64,000 bases of DNA from Candidatus Latescibacterota bacterium (GTDB lineage: Bacteria; Latescibacterota; UBA2968; UBA8231), in NCBI GenBank assembly GCA_965203175.1, contig OZ241867.1, forward strand, positions 1,184,001 through 1,248,000. Direction: 5' to 3'. This document shows positions 18,897 to 28,110 of the stretch, one piece after another. Position 1 is the stretch's first letter; every line of letters begins with the position of its first letter. Below the pieces are notes generated by a model. The model was not told the DNA's origin and did not search any database. It saw nothing but the letters and a program-made list of their open reading frames with translations. Position numbers and translations under genes: made by a program.

Positions 18897-20321
18897 CTAG
18901 TACGTCCACTGTCGCGGCAGCGGTCGCTCGCGCTCTAGCAGCCGCTCTAGTAGCTGCTTGCGGACCGCTTGCAACCGGTTGGCGTATTCGCTCTCACCCG
19001 CCACATCCTCGTAGGCCAGTGGGTCGCGCTCCAAGTCGAAGAGAGCCTCCGCTCCGCTCGCGTCCACCAAGTAGCGCAACCCTTCCACGCGCAACGTCTT
19101 CCAGTTGGATTGCGGTTTCGTCGGCGTCATTTCCGTGATGGCACAGCCGGGGCCAGCGCCCTCCTCGCCGCGCAGATCGGCTAAGAGGGAACTGCCTTGC
19201 AACGCGTCCGGACGCTGAATTGCGGCGGCTTCCAGCAGCGTCGGCACCACGTCCAATGCCTCGACGATGCGAGAGCAACGTCCACCAGCACTTGATCCGG
19301 CAGGCCAGCGCATCAGCAGGGGTACTCGCGAGGCCGCGTCGTGCCCGGGGTAGCCCTTGCCGTAGCGCAGGTGTTCGCCGAGCCATTCGCCGTGGTCGGA
19401 CGTGAAGACGACGATGGTATTGTCCGCAATGCCGAGGGCGTCGAGCCGGTCGAGAATGCGACCGACGTGGTGATCGACCTCGGAGACCATCGCGTAATAG
19501 CCGTGGCGCGCGGAGCGTAACTCATCGTCGGAAAAGTGCTGTGGGCCTCGGCGGGCGTCGAGAGCCGGAGGGAAAGGCGGCAGCGGCAGCGCGGCTGGGT
19601 CGTATAGATCGAGGAACTCCTGGGGAGCCACCCACGGATCGTGCGGCGAATAGAACCCGGCGATGCAGAGAAAAGGGCCGTCCCTGTGGCGCGTCATAAA
19701 CTCCATGGTCTGCTCGGCGACAAACGCCGTGTGGGTCAACTCGCTGCGACAGCGGCTGGCCAAGGCGCGTTTGACAAAGCGCTCTTCTGGATGCGCGATC
19801 CCGTCGCGGACGTTCATGATCCGCTTCCACTCGATTGAACTGGGTGCCTCGCCGAGGCTGACGTGGTCGAGTTGCTCCGGGGCCTGCGCTGCTACCCAAG
19901 CGCGGTAGGCATCGTGGTAGGAACCCGGTTCGTCCGAGATTTCCAAGTGGTCAAAACCGTAGTCGGGATGGGGCTCGCGGTGATCGCGGTTGGCGTGCGG
20001 CAGAAAGTGCAGCTTGCCAATCTGGCCGCTGCAATAGCCGTAGTTGCGCAGCAGGCGCGGCAAGGTCGGCGCGTCCTCGGGCACGGGCACGCCCATGTGC
20101 GAAAGCCCTAGCGTGGCCGGATACTGCCCGGTGAGAAAGCTCACGCGGCTGGGCATGCAGACCGGATTCTGCACAAAGCAGTGGTCGAAGTTTACCCCAG
20201 CGGCAGCGAGCCGGTCCAAGTGCGGCGTGCGGATTTCGGAGTTGCCGTTGGTGCCGAGGGCGTCCCACCGCTGCTGATCCGTGTAGAGTACGAGGATATT
20301 CGGTCGCTGCATGATTGGCAT
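18897..20321 (-). CDS. Sulfatase (choline-sulfatase-like)
   Basis: PNILVLYTDQQRWD, CMPSR, GKLH, TSDHG motifs. Confidence 0.9.
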   Translation of the reverse strand: MPIMQRPNILVLYTDQQRWDALGTNGNSEIRTPHLDRLAAAGVNFDHCFVQNPVCMPSRVSFLTGQYPATLGLSHMGVPVPEDAPTLPRLLRNYGYCSGQIGKLHFLPHANRDHREPHPDYGFDHLEISDEPGSYHDAYRAWVAAQAPEQLDHVSLGEAPSSIEWKRIMNVRDGIAHPEERFVKRALASRCRSELTHTAFVAEQTMEFMTRHRDGPFLCIAGFYSPHDPWVAPQEFLDLYDPAALPLPPFPPALDARRGPQHFSDDELRSARHGYYAMVSEVDHHVGRILDRLDALGIADNTIVVFTSDHGEWLGEHLRYGKGYPGHDAASRVPLLMRWPAGSSAGGRCSRIVEALDVVPTLLEAAAIQRPDALQGSSLLADLRGEEGAGPGCAITEMTPTKPQSNWKTLRVEGLRYLVDASGAEALFDLERDPLAYEDVAGESEYANRLQAVRKQLLERLLERERPLPRQWTY

Positions 20322-20363
20322 GAATTCCTTGGAGATGCTGTGCGGATGAAACCAGAACGCCGA

Positions 20364-20501
20364 TTACGTCTTGGGCTGAGTCGGCTTCTTTCGCCAGCCC
20401 CGAAACAGGCGTTGCGGAAAATCCGGGCCGATGAGCGGACTCAGCGGAAACCAAAGCACCGCGTGGACGACCTTGATAATTTTGTACAAGACGTTTTTCA
20501 T
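20364..20501 (-). CDS. Putative 45-aa small protein coupled to sco
   Basis: ATGA overlap with the SCO stop. Sequence MKNVLYKIIKVVHAVLWFPLSPLIGPDFPQRLFRGWRKKPTQPKT*. Fills the intergenic gap. Confidence 0.5.
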   Translation of the reverse strand: MKNVLYKIIKVVHAVLWFPLSPLIGPDFPQRLFRGWRKKPTQPKT

Positions 20502-21121
20502 GGCTTTTCTTTCTCGGCAAAGAGTTGCTCGGCTACCGCGGCCATCAGCTCTGGGCCGTCGCTCTGGCGGAAGAGGAACCGCACCTTGCCCTGCTGATCG
20601 ATCAGGTAGGTATAGGTCGAGTGATCAACTAAGTACGAGGCCTGCTCCTCTCCGAGGGAATAATGGGCACCATATTGGCGCACCACTTGGTCGATTTCCT
20701 CCTTGTTGCCGCGCAGGCCAATCGCATCAATAGCGAAGTAGTCGAGGTATTCCGCCAGCTTCTCCTGCGTGTCGCGCTTGGGATCCACGGTGACGAAGAG
20801 AGTCGTCAGCTCATGCAGGTCCTCGTCTAAGAGCTGATAGACGCGGCCCATCTTCGACAGGGTCACTGGGCAGATGTCGGGGCAATAGGTGTACCCGAAG
20901 AAGAGCATGGCGGCCTGGCCGCGCAAACTTTGCAACTCAAAGCGCGCGCCGTGCTGATCCACGAGCGCGAAATCGCCGCCAATGCCGCCGAAATCCTGCA
21001 ATGAGGGGACCTCCACAGGGGCGGGGGTTTCGACCGGGACCTTTTGGGCCTCCGGCTGCGCGCCGCAAGCTGCGAGCAGTGCGAAAACCGAGCAACAGAC
21101 CAGCGCGTCAATCGCTTTCAT
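20498..21121 (-). CDS. SCO1/SenC family copper chaperone (lipoprotein)
   Basis: FFGYTYCPDICP (CxxxC), VDPKRD, DHS motifs. Lipobox LAAC. Confidence 0.92.
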   Translation of the reverse strand: MKAIDALVCCSVFALLAACGAQPEAQKVPVETPAPVEVPSLQDFGGIGGDFALVDQHGARFELQSLRGQAAMLFFGYTYCPDICPVTLSKMGRVYQLLDEDLHELTTLFVTVDPKRDTQEKLAEYLDYFAIDAIGLRGNKEEIDQVVRQYGAHYSLGEEQASYLVDHSTYTYLIDQQGKVRFLFRQSDGPELMAAVAEQLFAEKEKP

Positions 21122-21548
21122 AAAGACCTTTCTTCTGCACCGGCATTTGTATGCGCCTTTCCGTTCCATCGCCAAAGCGCAGCACCAACTCCACCTCGTC
21201 GCCGTCCCGTAGTGGCTGGCGCAGTTCCATCAGCATCAGGTGGGTGCCGCCCGGCTTCAGTGCGACCTCTTCGCCTGCTGGGATTTGTAGCTCTGAGACT
21301 TGCCGCATCGTCATCCGGTCGTCTTTGTATTCCATTACGTGTATCTCGGTTTGTCCGGCGGCTTCGGTTGTCGCGGCGACCAATGCGACGGGGGCACCGC
21401 CCCGGTTTTCAATGACCAAATAACCAGCGACCGGGCTGCGCGGCGGTGGTTCCCGGATCCAAGCGTCGCGCACGACGATGGGATCGCCGGAATGCTCTTG
21501 TCCGCATCCGACTACCGTGACCAACAAAAAAGCAACGACAATTTTCAT
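21108..21548 (-). CDS. Copper chaperone PCu(A)C
   Basis: EIHVM...MTMR...LKPGGTHLML motif. Confidence 0.92.
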   Translation of the reverse strand: MKIVVAFLLVTVVGCGQEHSGDPIVVRDAWIREPPPRSPVAGYLVIENRGGAPVALVAATTEAAGQTEIHVMEYKDDRMTMRQVSELQIPAGEEVALKPGGTHLMLMELRQPLRDGDEVELVLRFGDGTERRIQMPVQKKGLYESD

Positions 21549-21578
21549 CGATGTTTTCCTTCGGCCAGCCGTCGACTC

Positions 21579-22391
21579 TCAGCCCTTGACACCAATCGCC
21601 CCAACCATGGGCGGCGATGCAATGCTAGCTTGCGGATCGCGGGCGTTTGCCTGCCACTCTTCCCAGTGCGCCGCGCACTCTTCCTCGCTCAGTACGCCAC
21701 GCACCACAAGGTCGGGCAGATACACGCGCAGGAACTGCTCTATCCAGCACCAGAGACGGTTGCCTGGGCGGGCAATACCGCCGATCGGGACGACCTCCAC
21801 GGCCTCCAAATCACACTGCGCCATTAGCTCCGGCAGCTTCCCACCGATCTCCAATCGATCTCCAAAACTCTCATGGACCGCCTCCAACACGCGCCGCAAG
21901 TGGGGATGCTCAATCCGGGCGACAAACGCCCCATAAGCGCAGTAATCCACAACCACTAAGCGCCCTCCCGGTCTCAGGACCCGTGCTACCCGCTCTATCA
22001 CCCCTTGTGGCTCCTCTATGAAGCAGAACAACCAGCGGGCAAACGCAGTGTCCATAGAAGCGGCAGGCAGGTCGAGAGTGCGGACATCCGCTACGGCGAC
22101 CTCGACTTGCTGCAAGCCGGCTGACGCGGCGCGGTGCCGGAGAAAATCCGCGAACTTCGGCGACCCATCAACTGCCAAGACGCGCCCCTCTGCTCCCACG
22201 CACTCGGCCAGTTCTAAGCTGGTAAAGCCGGGTCCACAGCCTAGATCGAGAATCGCCTGTCCGGTGCTGAACTCGGCACGCTCCCACAAGTCTGCGGTCT
22301 CGGGGTGCCACGTGTTGTGCTGCGCTTGCAGGCGGCGCAGTTCCTCGTCGTCGGTCCCCAACAAGTAATCGCGTTCGGCAGCGGTGTTCAC
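21579..22391 (-). CDS. Class I SAM-dependent methyltransferase
   Basis: YLLG..DEE..RL..QH and LDLGCGPG motifs. Confidence 0.85.
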   Translation of the reverse strand: MNTAAERDYLLGTDDEELRRLQAQHNTWHPETADLWERAEFSTGQAILDLGCGPGFTSLELAECVGAEGRVLAVDGSPKFADFLRHRAASAGLQQVEVAVADVRTLDLPAASMDTAFARWLFCFIEEPQGVIERVARVLRPGGRLVVVDYCAYGAFVARIEHPHLRRVLEAVHESFGDRLEIGGKLPELMAQCDLEAVEVVPIGGIARPGNRLWCWIEQFLRVYLPDLVVRGVLSEEECAAHWEEWQANARDPQASIASPPMVGAIGVKG

Positions 22392-22397
22392 GAATGC

Positions 22398-23618
22398 TTA
22401 CTCCGGCGGCAGCACCAAGTACTCGCCCTCGCGGATCCCATAGCTGTCGCCGAGTTCGGGGTAGTCAATCCCCGCGCGGCCATTCCAATCCCAGACCACT
22501 TCGCCGTCCTTGACCGTCAGTTCGCAAAACAGCCGCTGGTGGCCGTCCAACCGGCCGTCGAACGAATCGGCGTAGCCAAAATTCCCCTCCATCAGCTGCA
22601 AGACTGCCACATCGGCCACGGCACCTACTGACAGGTGGCCCAACTCAGGGTGGCCAATCTCCCGCGCCGGGTTGATGGTTGAGGCGCGGATGACCTCGCC
22701 AAGCGGCATGCCCATCACCAGAAATTTCGACATGGTCGTCGCCATGTCGAGCATACCCATGTTCATGCAGAGGACGTGCAGGTCGGTCGAAATCGAGTCT
22801 GGATAGAAGCCTTGGGCTATGGCTGGGACCGCGTTGCGAAAACAGAAACTGCCGCCACCGTGCCCCACGTCCAAGATGACGCCCCTTGCCCGCGCCTCGT
22901 GCAGATAGGGCAGCACCTTGCCCTCCGCGTCAAACCACGGCGTCGGTCCGCGGAAGATGTGGGTGCTTATGTCGCCCGGGCGCAATCTTTCGCCCAAGAG
23001 CTGGTAGTAGGGCCGCTCCTTTCTGAAGTAGCCAAAGTCGATCATTACCCGCGTCGCGGCCTTTTCGGCTGCCGTGAGCGCGCGATCGACCGAAATCCAT
23101 TCGGGGCCTATGTAGTGCGCCGTCTTGATGCCGACGACTACGTCCTCGTTTTCCCGCGCCACGCCCGCCGTCTTGTCGGGATTCATATCGTACGGATTTT
23201 GCTCGTGGTCGATTGACGTCATTCCGGTACCGGCGATATTGACCAGCGCGAAGAGCCGCGTCTGGCAGCGGTCGATTACCCGATAGCGAAAGTCCTCGAA
23301 GTTACGCCAGCCTGCGCTTCCGGTATCCACCAGCGTCGTCACGCCGGTGCGGAAACTAAAGCCGTCGGGCAGGATGCTGTTGTCGCCAGCCCACGTATCG
23401 CGGTGGCCGGCCGTGGCATAGGCATGGATGTGGATGTCCACTAGCCCCGGCGTCACGTAGAGTCCGCTCACGTCGATGACCTGCCCGGCACCTTCGGTCG
23501 GCAAGTCCGCATCTATGGCCGCGATCACTTTCCCCTGGATGCCGATGTCCCGGGGCGCGTCAATGCCGTTTTGGGGGTCGATCAAATGACCGCCCTTGAG
23601 TATGAGATCAAACTGCAT
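22398..23618 (-). CDS. Amidohydrolase / dihydroorotase-like deacetylase family metallohydrolase
   Basis: PGLVDIHIH, GVTT.VD.GSAG, DVGHGGGSF, ISTDLH motifs. Confidence 0.88.
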   Translation of the reverse strand: MQFDLILKGGHLIDPQNGIDAPRDIGIQGKVIAAIDADLPTEGAGQVIDVSGLYVTPGLVDIHIHAYATAGHRDTWAGDNSILPDGFSFRTGVTTLVDTGSAGWRNFEDFRYRVIDRCQTRLFALVNIAGTGMTSIDHEQNPYDMNPDKTAGVARENEDVVVGIKTAHYIGPEWISVDRALTAAEKAATRVMIDFGYFRKERPYYQLLGERLRPGDISTHIFRGPTPWFDAEGKVLPYLHEARARGVILDVGHGGGSFCFRNAVPAIAQGFYPDSISTDLHVLCMNMGMLDMATTMSKFLVMGMPLGEVIRASTINPAREIGHPELGHLSVGAVADVAVLQLMEGNFGYADSFDGRLDGHQRLFCELTVKDGEVVWDWNGRAGIDYPELGDSYGIREGEYLVLPPE

Positions 23619-23693
23619 AGTGAGACTTCTCCGAGAATTTGATGGAGATTAGAAGATAAAAAACAGCGTCGCTGTCTGCTACGCGCCCAGCAG

Positions 23694-23716
23694 CCGGCCT
23701 CAGCATTGGGGCCGCA
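23694..23716. repeat. 23-bp palindromic REP-like repeat, copy 1
   Basis: CCGGCCTCAGCATTGGGGCCGCA, identical to 29090-29112. Confidence 0.7.
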
Positions 23717-23719
23717 ACT

Positions 23720-24760
23720 TCAGGCCGATGCCTCCACATGCGAGGGCAGCTTGCGCGTAAATCGCGCAAACAGTGCTCTGAGTACTGCGTCGCTGCGCGC
23801 CGCAAGGCTGGTCACGATCACGGTTGCCCAGACGCTGCGCCGCGAAATTTTGACCTGCTGTCCACTGGTAAAATCCGCGTGGGCGTGGATGCGCCGCAAC
23901 GTCAGCACGGCCATGCCCAAGGCCCAAAGGCAGAACCGGCGAATGCCGGTTTCGCGCCCGGGGATGAGCAATGTGAACGCCAGCGCATTGCCGAGGTGCA
24001 TCTGAGCCACGCCGACCAATTGGCTCAGTGCCATGCGGAACGCGGGATTCGTCTGGCCGGCCTCGAGTGAGCGCAGATCAAACCCGGCTTGCTGGAACAC
24101 GTCGCGCGGCAGCCAACACGCGCCGCGCGCCCGGTCGTCCCAGATGTCCTTGAGGATGTTGGTCATCTGCAAGCCTTGGCCGAACGACACGGCGAGTTGC
24201 AACAACTTCTTGCGATGGCGCTCGATTTCCGCCGAATAGTCGCAGAACAGCTCGGTGAGCATCTCGCCGACGACGCCGGCGACGTGGTAGCAATAGCGGT
24301 CGAGATGGGAGAGATCGTCTAGGCCCTTGAGGCCCGGGCTTTGCTGAAATTCGGCCATGCCACGCGACATGATCCGCACGCAGCGCACGAGTGCGGCGCG
24401 CTGCCGCTCGGAAAACCCTTGCGTGATCCGCAGCACCCGAGGAGTGTTGGCCACGAGTTGGCGTTCGGCGGGCAGCATGCTGTCGGACAGGCACGGCGCG
24501 AGTTGCTCGGCGAATGGGGCGGGCGGCTCCTCTCCGGCGACGACCCGGATGAATCGCTCGGAAAACTCGCGTTTCCCATCGGCCGACAGAGTTGGCTCAT
24601 CCTCGATAGTGTCCGCGATGCGGCACAGCAAATACGCGTTGCCGACCACATCGCGCAGGCCCGAGGGAAGCTGCGGAATGGTCAGCGCAAACGTGCGCGA
24701 GACATCTTGCAGGATCTCGCCCTGCCACGCCAGATCAGCGGTATGTTCGTCAGTCGTCAT
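23720..24760 (-). CDS. Squalene/phytoene synthase (single-enzyme squalene synthase-like)
   Basis: VSRTFAL, YLLCRIADTIEDE, YCYHVAGVVG, FGQGLQMTNILKDIWDD motifs. Confidence 0.88.
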   Translation of the reverse strand: MTTDEHTADLAWQGEILQDVSRTFALTIPQLPSGLRDVVGNAYLLCRIADTIEDEPTLSADGKREFSERFIRVVAGEEPPAPFAEQLAPCLSDSMLPAERQLVANTPRVLRITQGFSERQRAALVRCVRIMSRGMAEFQQSPGLKGLDDLSHLDRYCYHVAGVVGEMLTELFCDYSAEIERHRKKLLQLAVSFGQGLQMTNILKDIWDDRARGACWLPRDVFQQAGFDLRSLEAGQTNPAFRMALSQLVGVAQMHLGNALAFTLLIPGRETGIRRFCLWALGMAVLTLRRIHAHADFTSGQQVKISRRSVWATVIVTSLAARSDAVLRALFARFTRKLPSHVEASA

Positions 24761-24854
24761 GGGTAGTCAACCCCAAAGGGCCGGTGAAGCTCGACTTGTT
24801 TTCGTATAATATACTTTGTCCGTTACACAGAACGCACCCTCTACTATAAAAATT

Positions 24855-25484
24855 ATGGAAATAGACCTTAATCACCGATTCAAAGACGTCAACTACATCG
24901 AATCGCCCAACCAAGGCGGCCCCTTTGCCCCAGGGCAGCCGGACACCATCGTCATCCACTATACGGCTGGAGCCAACGCCGAGTCGGCCATTCACACCCT
25001 CTGCGACCGAGAGCGCAAGGTCTCGGCCCACTTGGTCGTCGGTCGCGACGGTGTCGTGACTCAGCTTTTGCCCTTTAACATCGTCGGCTGGCACGCCGGC
25101 CGCAGCCTGTGGCGAGAGCGCACGAGCCTCAACCAGTACTCCATCGGCATCGAGCTCGACAACGCAGGCCAGCTCTCGGAGCGGGATGGCCGCTACGAGT
25201 CGTGGTTCGGGCAGACGTATCCAGCCTCAGAGGTCGTGCGCGGCGCACACCGCAACCAGAGCTTGTCCGGTGCCCATCCGCAAATACGTCAGCCTGTTTG
25301 CTTTTGGCATCGCTATGCGGAAGTGCAATTCGAAGTCGTCGAGACCATTTGCGCCGCGCTGATTGCGGCCTATGGGATATACCACATCCTCGGCCACGAG
25401 GAGATCGCCCCCGACCGCAAGGTCGATCCCGGCCCGGCCTTTCCGCTCGACGAAATGCGCGACCGGCTTTTAACCATCGCCTAG
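24855..25484 (+). CDS. N-acetylmuramoyl-L-alanine amidase (Amidase_2/AmpD-like)
   Basis: IVIHYT, VSAH, WHAG, SIGIEL, GHEEIAP.RK.DPG motifs. Confidence 0.9.
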   Translation: MEIDLNHRFKDVNYIESPNQGGPFAPGQPDTIVIHYTAGANAESAIHTLCDRERKVSAHLVVGRDGVVTQLLPFNIVGWHAGRSLWRERTSLNQYSIGIELDNAGQLSERDGRYESWFGQTYPASEVVRGAHRNQSLSGAHPQIRQPVCFWHRYAEVQFEVVETICAALIAAYGIYHILGHEEIAPDRKVDPGPAFPLDEMRDRLLTIA

Positions 25485-25505
25485 CGCGCAGGAGGCGCGA
25501 AACCT

Positions 25506-26486
25506 TTGGCAGCACAAGCACCCGCCATTGATGTCCGCGAATTGAGCAAGACCTATGCGGTCCCCGTGCGCGAGGGCGGCTTGGCCGCGGCGCTCAAAAG
25601 CCTCGTGCAGCGCCAGACGCGCCACGTCGAGGCGGTTAAGCAGATCAGCTTTGCGGTCGCTCCCGGTGAAATCGTCGGCTTTTTAGGGCCGAATGGCGCG
25701 GGCAAGACCACCAGCCTCAAGATGCTTTCGGGCCTCCTGCACCCTTCCGGTGGGCAAGGTCGCGTCCTCGGTTTTGAGCCGTTCAAGCGGCAGCGCGATT
25801 TCCTCCGCCAGATCACCTTGGTGATGGGCAATCGCAACCAGTTGCTGTGGGATATCCCCGTAATCGACTCCTTTGAGCGCAACCGGGCCATTTACCGCCT
25901 AGAGCGGAGTGCATACCGGCAAACGGTCGAAGAGTTGACCGCGCTGCTCGACTTAGACGCCCTCCTCGACAAGCCCGTGCGCAACCTCTCCTTGGGCGAG
26001 CGCATGAAGTGCGAAATTGCCGCCGCGCTTTTGCACAAGCCGCAAGTCCTCTTCCTCGACGAGCCGACCATCGGCCTCGACGTGACCATGCAGCGGCGGA
26101 TTCGCGCGTTTTTAACCGAGTACAATCAGCGCTACGGCGCCACCGTGCTCCTCACCAGTCACTACATGGCCGACGTCGAGGCGCTGTGTAAACGGGTGGT
26201 GGTCATCCACCACGGGCTGCTGCTCTTCGATGGCCAGCTCACCGAGCTTGTGCAGCGCTTCTCACCGCACAAGACGATCATCGTCGAACTGGAAAACGGG
26301 CACGGCGACCTCGGCAATTATGGAGAGATCGTCGCCAGTAGCGAAGGGCGTGTATCGCTGCGAGTGCCCAAGGCGGAGACAGCGCAGGTGACCGGGCGGC
26401 TCCTCAGCGAGCAACCCGTCCTCGATCTGACGGTGGAGGACCCGCCGATTGAGGACGTGATCGAAGAGGTCTTTGAACGCGCATGA
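25506..26486 (+). CDS. ABC transporter ATP-binding protein
   Basis: GPNGAGKT, LSLGERM, FLDEPT, TSH motifs. Confidence 0.92.
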   Translation: MAAQAPAIDVRELSKTYAVPVREGGLAAALKSLVQRQTRHVEAVKQISFAVAPGEIVGFLGPNGAGKTTSLKMLSGLLHPSGGQGRVLGFEPFKRQRDFLRQITLVMGNRNQLLWDIPVIDSFERNRAIYRLERSAYRQTVEELTALLDLDALLDKPVRNLSLGERMKCEIAAALLHKPQVLFLDEPTIGLDVTMQRRIRAFLTEYNQRYGATVLLTSHYMADVEALCKRVVVIHHGLLLFDGQLTELVQRFSPHKTIIVELENGHGDLGNYGEIVASSEGRVSLRVPKAETAQVTGRLLSEQPVLDLTVEDPPIEDVIEEVFERA

Positions 26487-27286
26487 GGGGGCTAGCCGAC
26501 ATCTACACCACGCTCTTTCGCACCGATCTAGCCGTGCAGTTCCAGTACCGGGCGGCGATGGTGATCTGGCTGATCGGGCGCATCGTCGATACGCTGGTCT
26601 TCCTTTCGGTGTGGACCGCAGTGGCTCGCTCCCAAGGCGGGCAGGTGGGGGATTTCTCCAGCGGGGACTTCGCCGCCTACTACATCATCATGATGATGAT
26701 GGGGCACCTGACTTTCACTTGGTTCATGTTCGAGTTTGAATATCGGGTGCGGTCGGGAGCCTTCTCGCCACTCCTGCTCCAGCCCCTGCACCCGATCCAC
26801 CGCGACATCGCCACGAATATCTCCTACAAGTTCCTGACTTTGGTGGTCATGCTGCCGACGGTGGGTCTAATGGTCTGGATCTTCGATCCGGTCTTCAACC
26901 CGCCGGCTTGGGCCATTTGGGCCGCGATACCCGTCGTTCTGCTGGCGTTCCTGATGCGCTTTTTCGTCGAGTGGGCACTGGCTTTAGTGGCCCTGTGGAC
27001 CACGCGCACGGCCGCGGCCAACCAACTCTACTTTGCGGCCTCGCTTTTCTTTTCGGGCCAGATGGCACCGCTGTCGCTTTTACCCGAGTGGCTCCAGACC
27101 GTGGCCGCGATTTTGCCCTTCCGCTGGATGCTGGCCTTTCCCACCGAACTCCTACTCGGCCGACTCACGCCCACCGAGGTCGTCTGGGGCGCAGCAACGC
27201 AGGTGGCGTGGCTAGGGCTGAGCTGGGTGATTTTGTCCGCGGTCTGGTCGCGCGGCGTGCGCAGATACTCGGCGGTTGGCTCGTGA
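26483..27286 (+). CDS. ABC-2 family permease (DUF990-like)
   Basis: Six TM-like segments. ATGA-coupled to the ATPase. Confidence 0.85.
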   Translation: MRGLADIYTTLFRTDLAVQFQYRAAMVIWLIGRIVDTLVFLSVWTAVARSQGGQVGDFSSGDFAAYYIIMMMMGHLTFTWFMFEFEYRVRSGAFSPLLLQPLHPIHRDIATNISYKFLTLVVMLPTVGLMVWIFDPVFNPPAWAIWAAIPVVLLAFLMRFFVEWALALVALWTTRTAAANQLYFAASLFFSGQMAPLSLLPEWLQTVAAILPFRWMLAFPTELLLGRLTPTEVVWGAATQVAWLGLSWVILSAVWSRGVRRYSAVGS

Positions 27287-28068
27287 ACTATTTGCGGCTC
27301 CTGTGGATCTTCCTGCGCATCGGCGCGATGAACGAACTGGCGTACCAAGCCAACTTCTGGGTGCAGCTAGTACAGAGCTTGCTCAATCTGGGCGTTGCGC
27401 TAGCGGGTTTGGCGGTGATTTTCTCGCATACCGAGGAGCTGGGCGGCTGGCAGCCGGCCGAGCTGGTAGCGCTCTTGGGGGTTTTCTTCCTGATGAGCGG
27501 CCTGATTGGCGCGCTGATCCAGCCGTCAATGCAGCGCTTTATGGAGGACATCCGCCTAGGCACGCTGGACTTTACCCTCACCAAGCCGGAGGATGCACAA
27601 GTGCTAGTGAGTGTCGGCGAGGTGCGGATTTGGAAGTTCTTGGACGTAGTGCAGGGAATGGCACTGATCGCAGTGGCCCTAGTCGAAATCGGGATGCGGA
27701 CGGGCCTTGCACACGCAGCGGGATTTGCCTTGACGCTTGCGGCTGGCGCGGCAATCGTCTACAGTTTTTGGCTAGTGCTAGCAACGACTGCGTTCTGGTT
27801 TATCAGAGCGGAGAACATCCTCGTCATCTTCCAGGCCGTTTACAGCGCTGGCAAGTATCCGGTGGCCATCTACCCGCGCTGGCTCAAGCTGGCGATGACC
27901 TTTCTGGTGCCCGTGGCCTTTGCGGTGACCGTGCCGTCGGAAGCCTTGGTGGGGCGGTTGTCGTCGGAAGTGCTGTGGGGCGCGTTGGCGATGGCGGGGG
28001 GAATGCTGGTGGGAGCACGGGCTTTTTGGTTGTGGGGGGTGCGACACTATTCAGGAGCGTCGGCCTAG
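27283..28068 (+). CDS. ABC-2 family permease (DUF990-like)
   Basis: GTG start overlapping the previous stop. G.LD..LTKP and YP..IYP motifs. Confidence 0.85.
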   Translation: MNYLRLLWIFLRIGAMNELAYQANFWVQLVQSLLNLGVALAGLAVIFSHTEELGGWQPAELVALLGVFFLMSGLIGALIQPSMQRFMEDIRLGTLDFTLTKPEDAQVLVSVGEVRIWKFLDVVQGMALIAVALVEIGMRTGLAHAAGFALTLAAGAAIVYSFWLVLATTAFWFIRAENILVIFQAVYSAGKYPVAIYPRWLKLAMTFLVPVAFAVTVPSEALVGRLSSEVLWGALAMAGGMLVGARAFWLWGVRHYSGASA

Positions 28069-28110
28069 CGATAGTCCATTTTGCCATTTTCTAAGAAAGG
28101 GACAACGGAC

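Noticed and set aside
25261-25310. Apparent short insertion in the amidase (LSGAHPQIRQPVC), possibly an element scar
   Set aside because: No second copy or inverted repeat in the window. It cannot be supported without an alignment.
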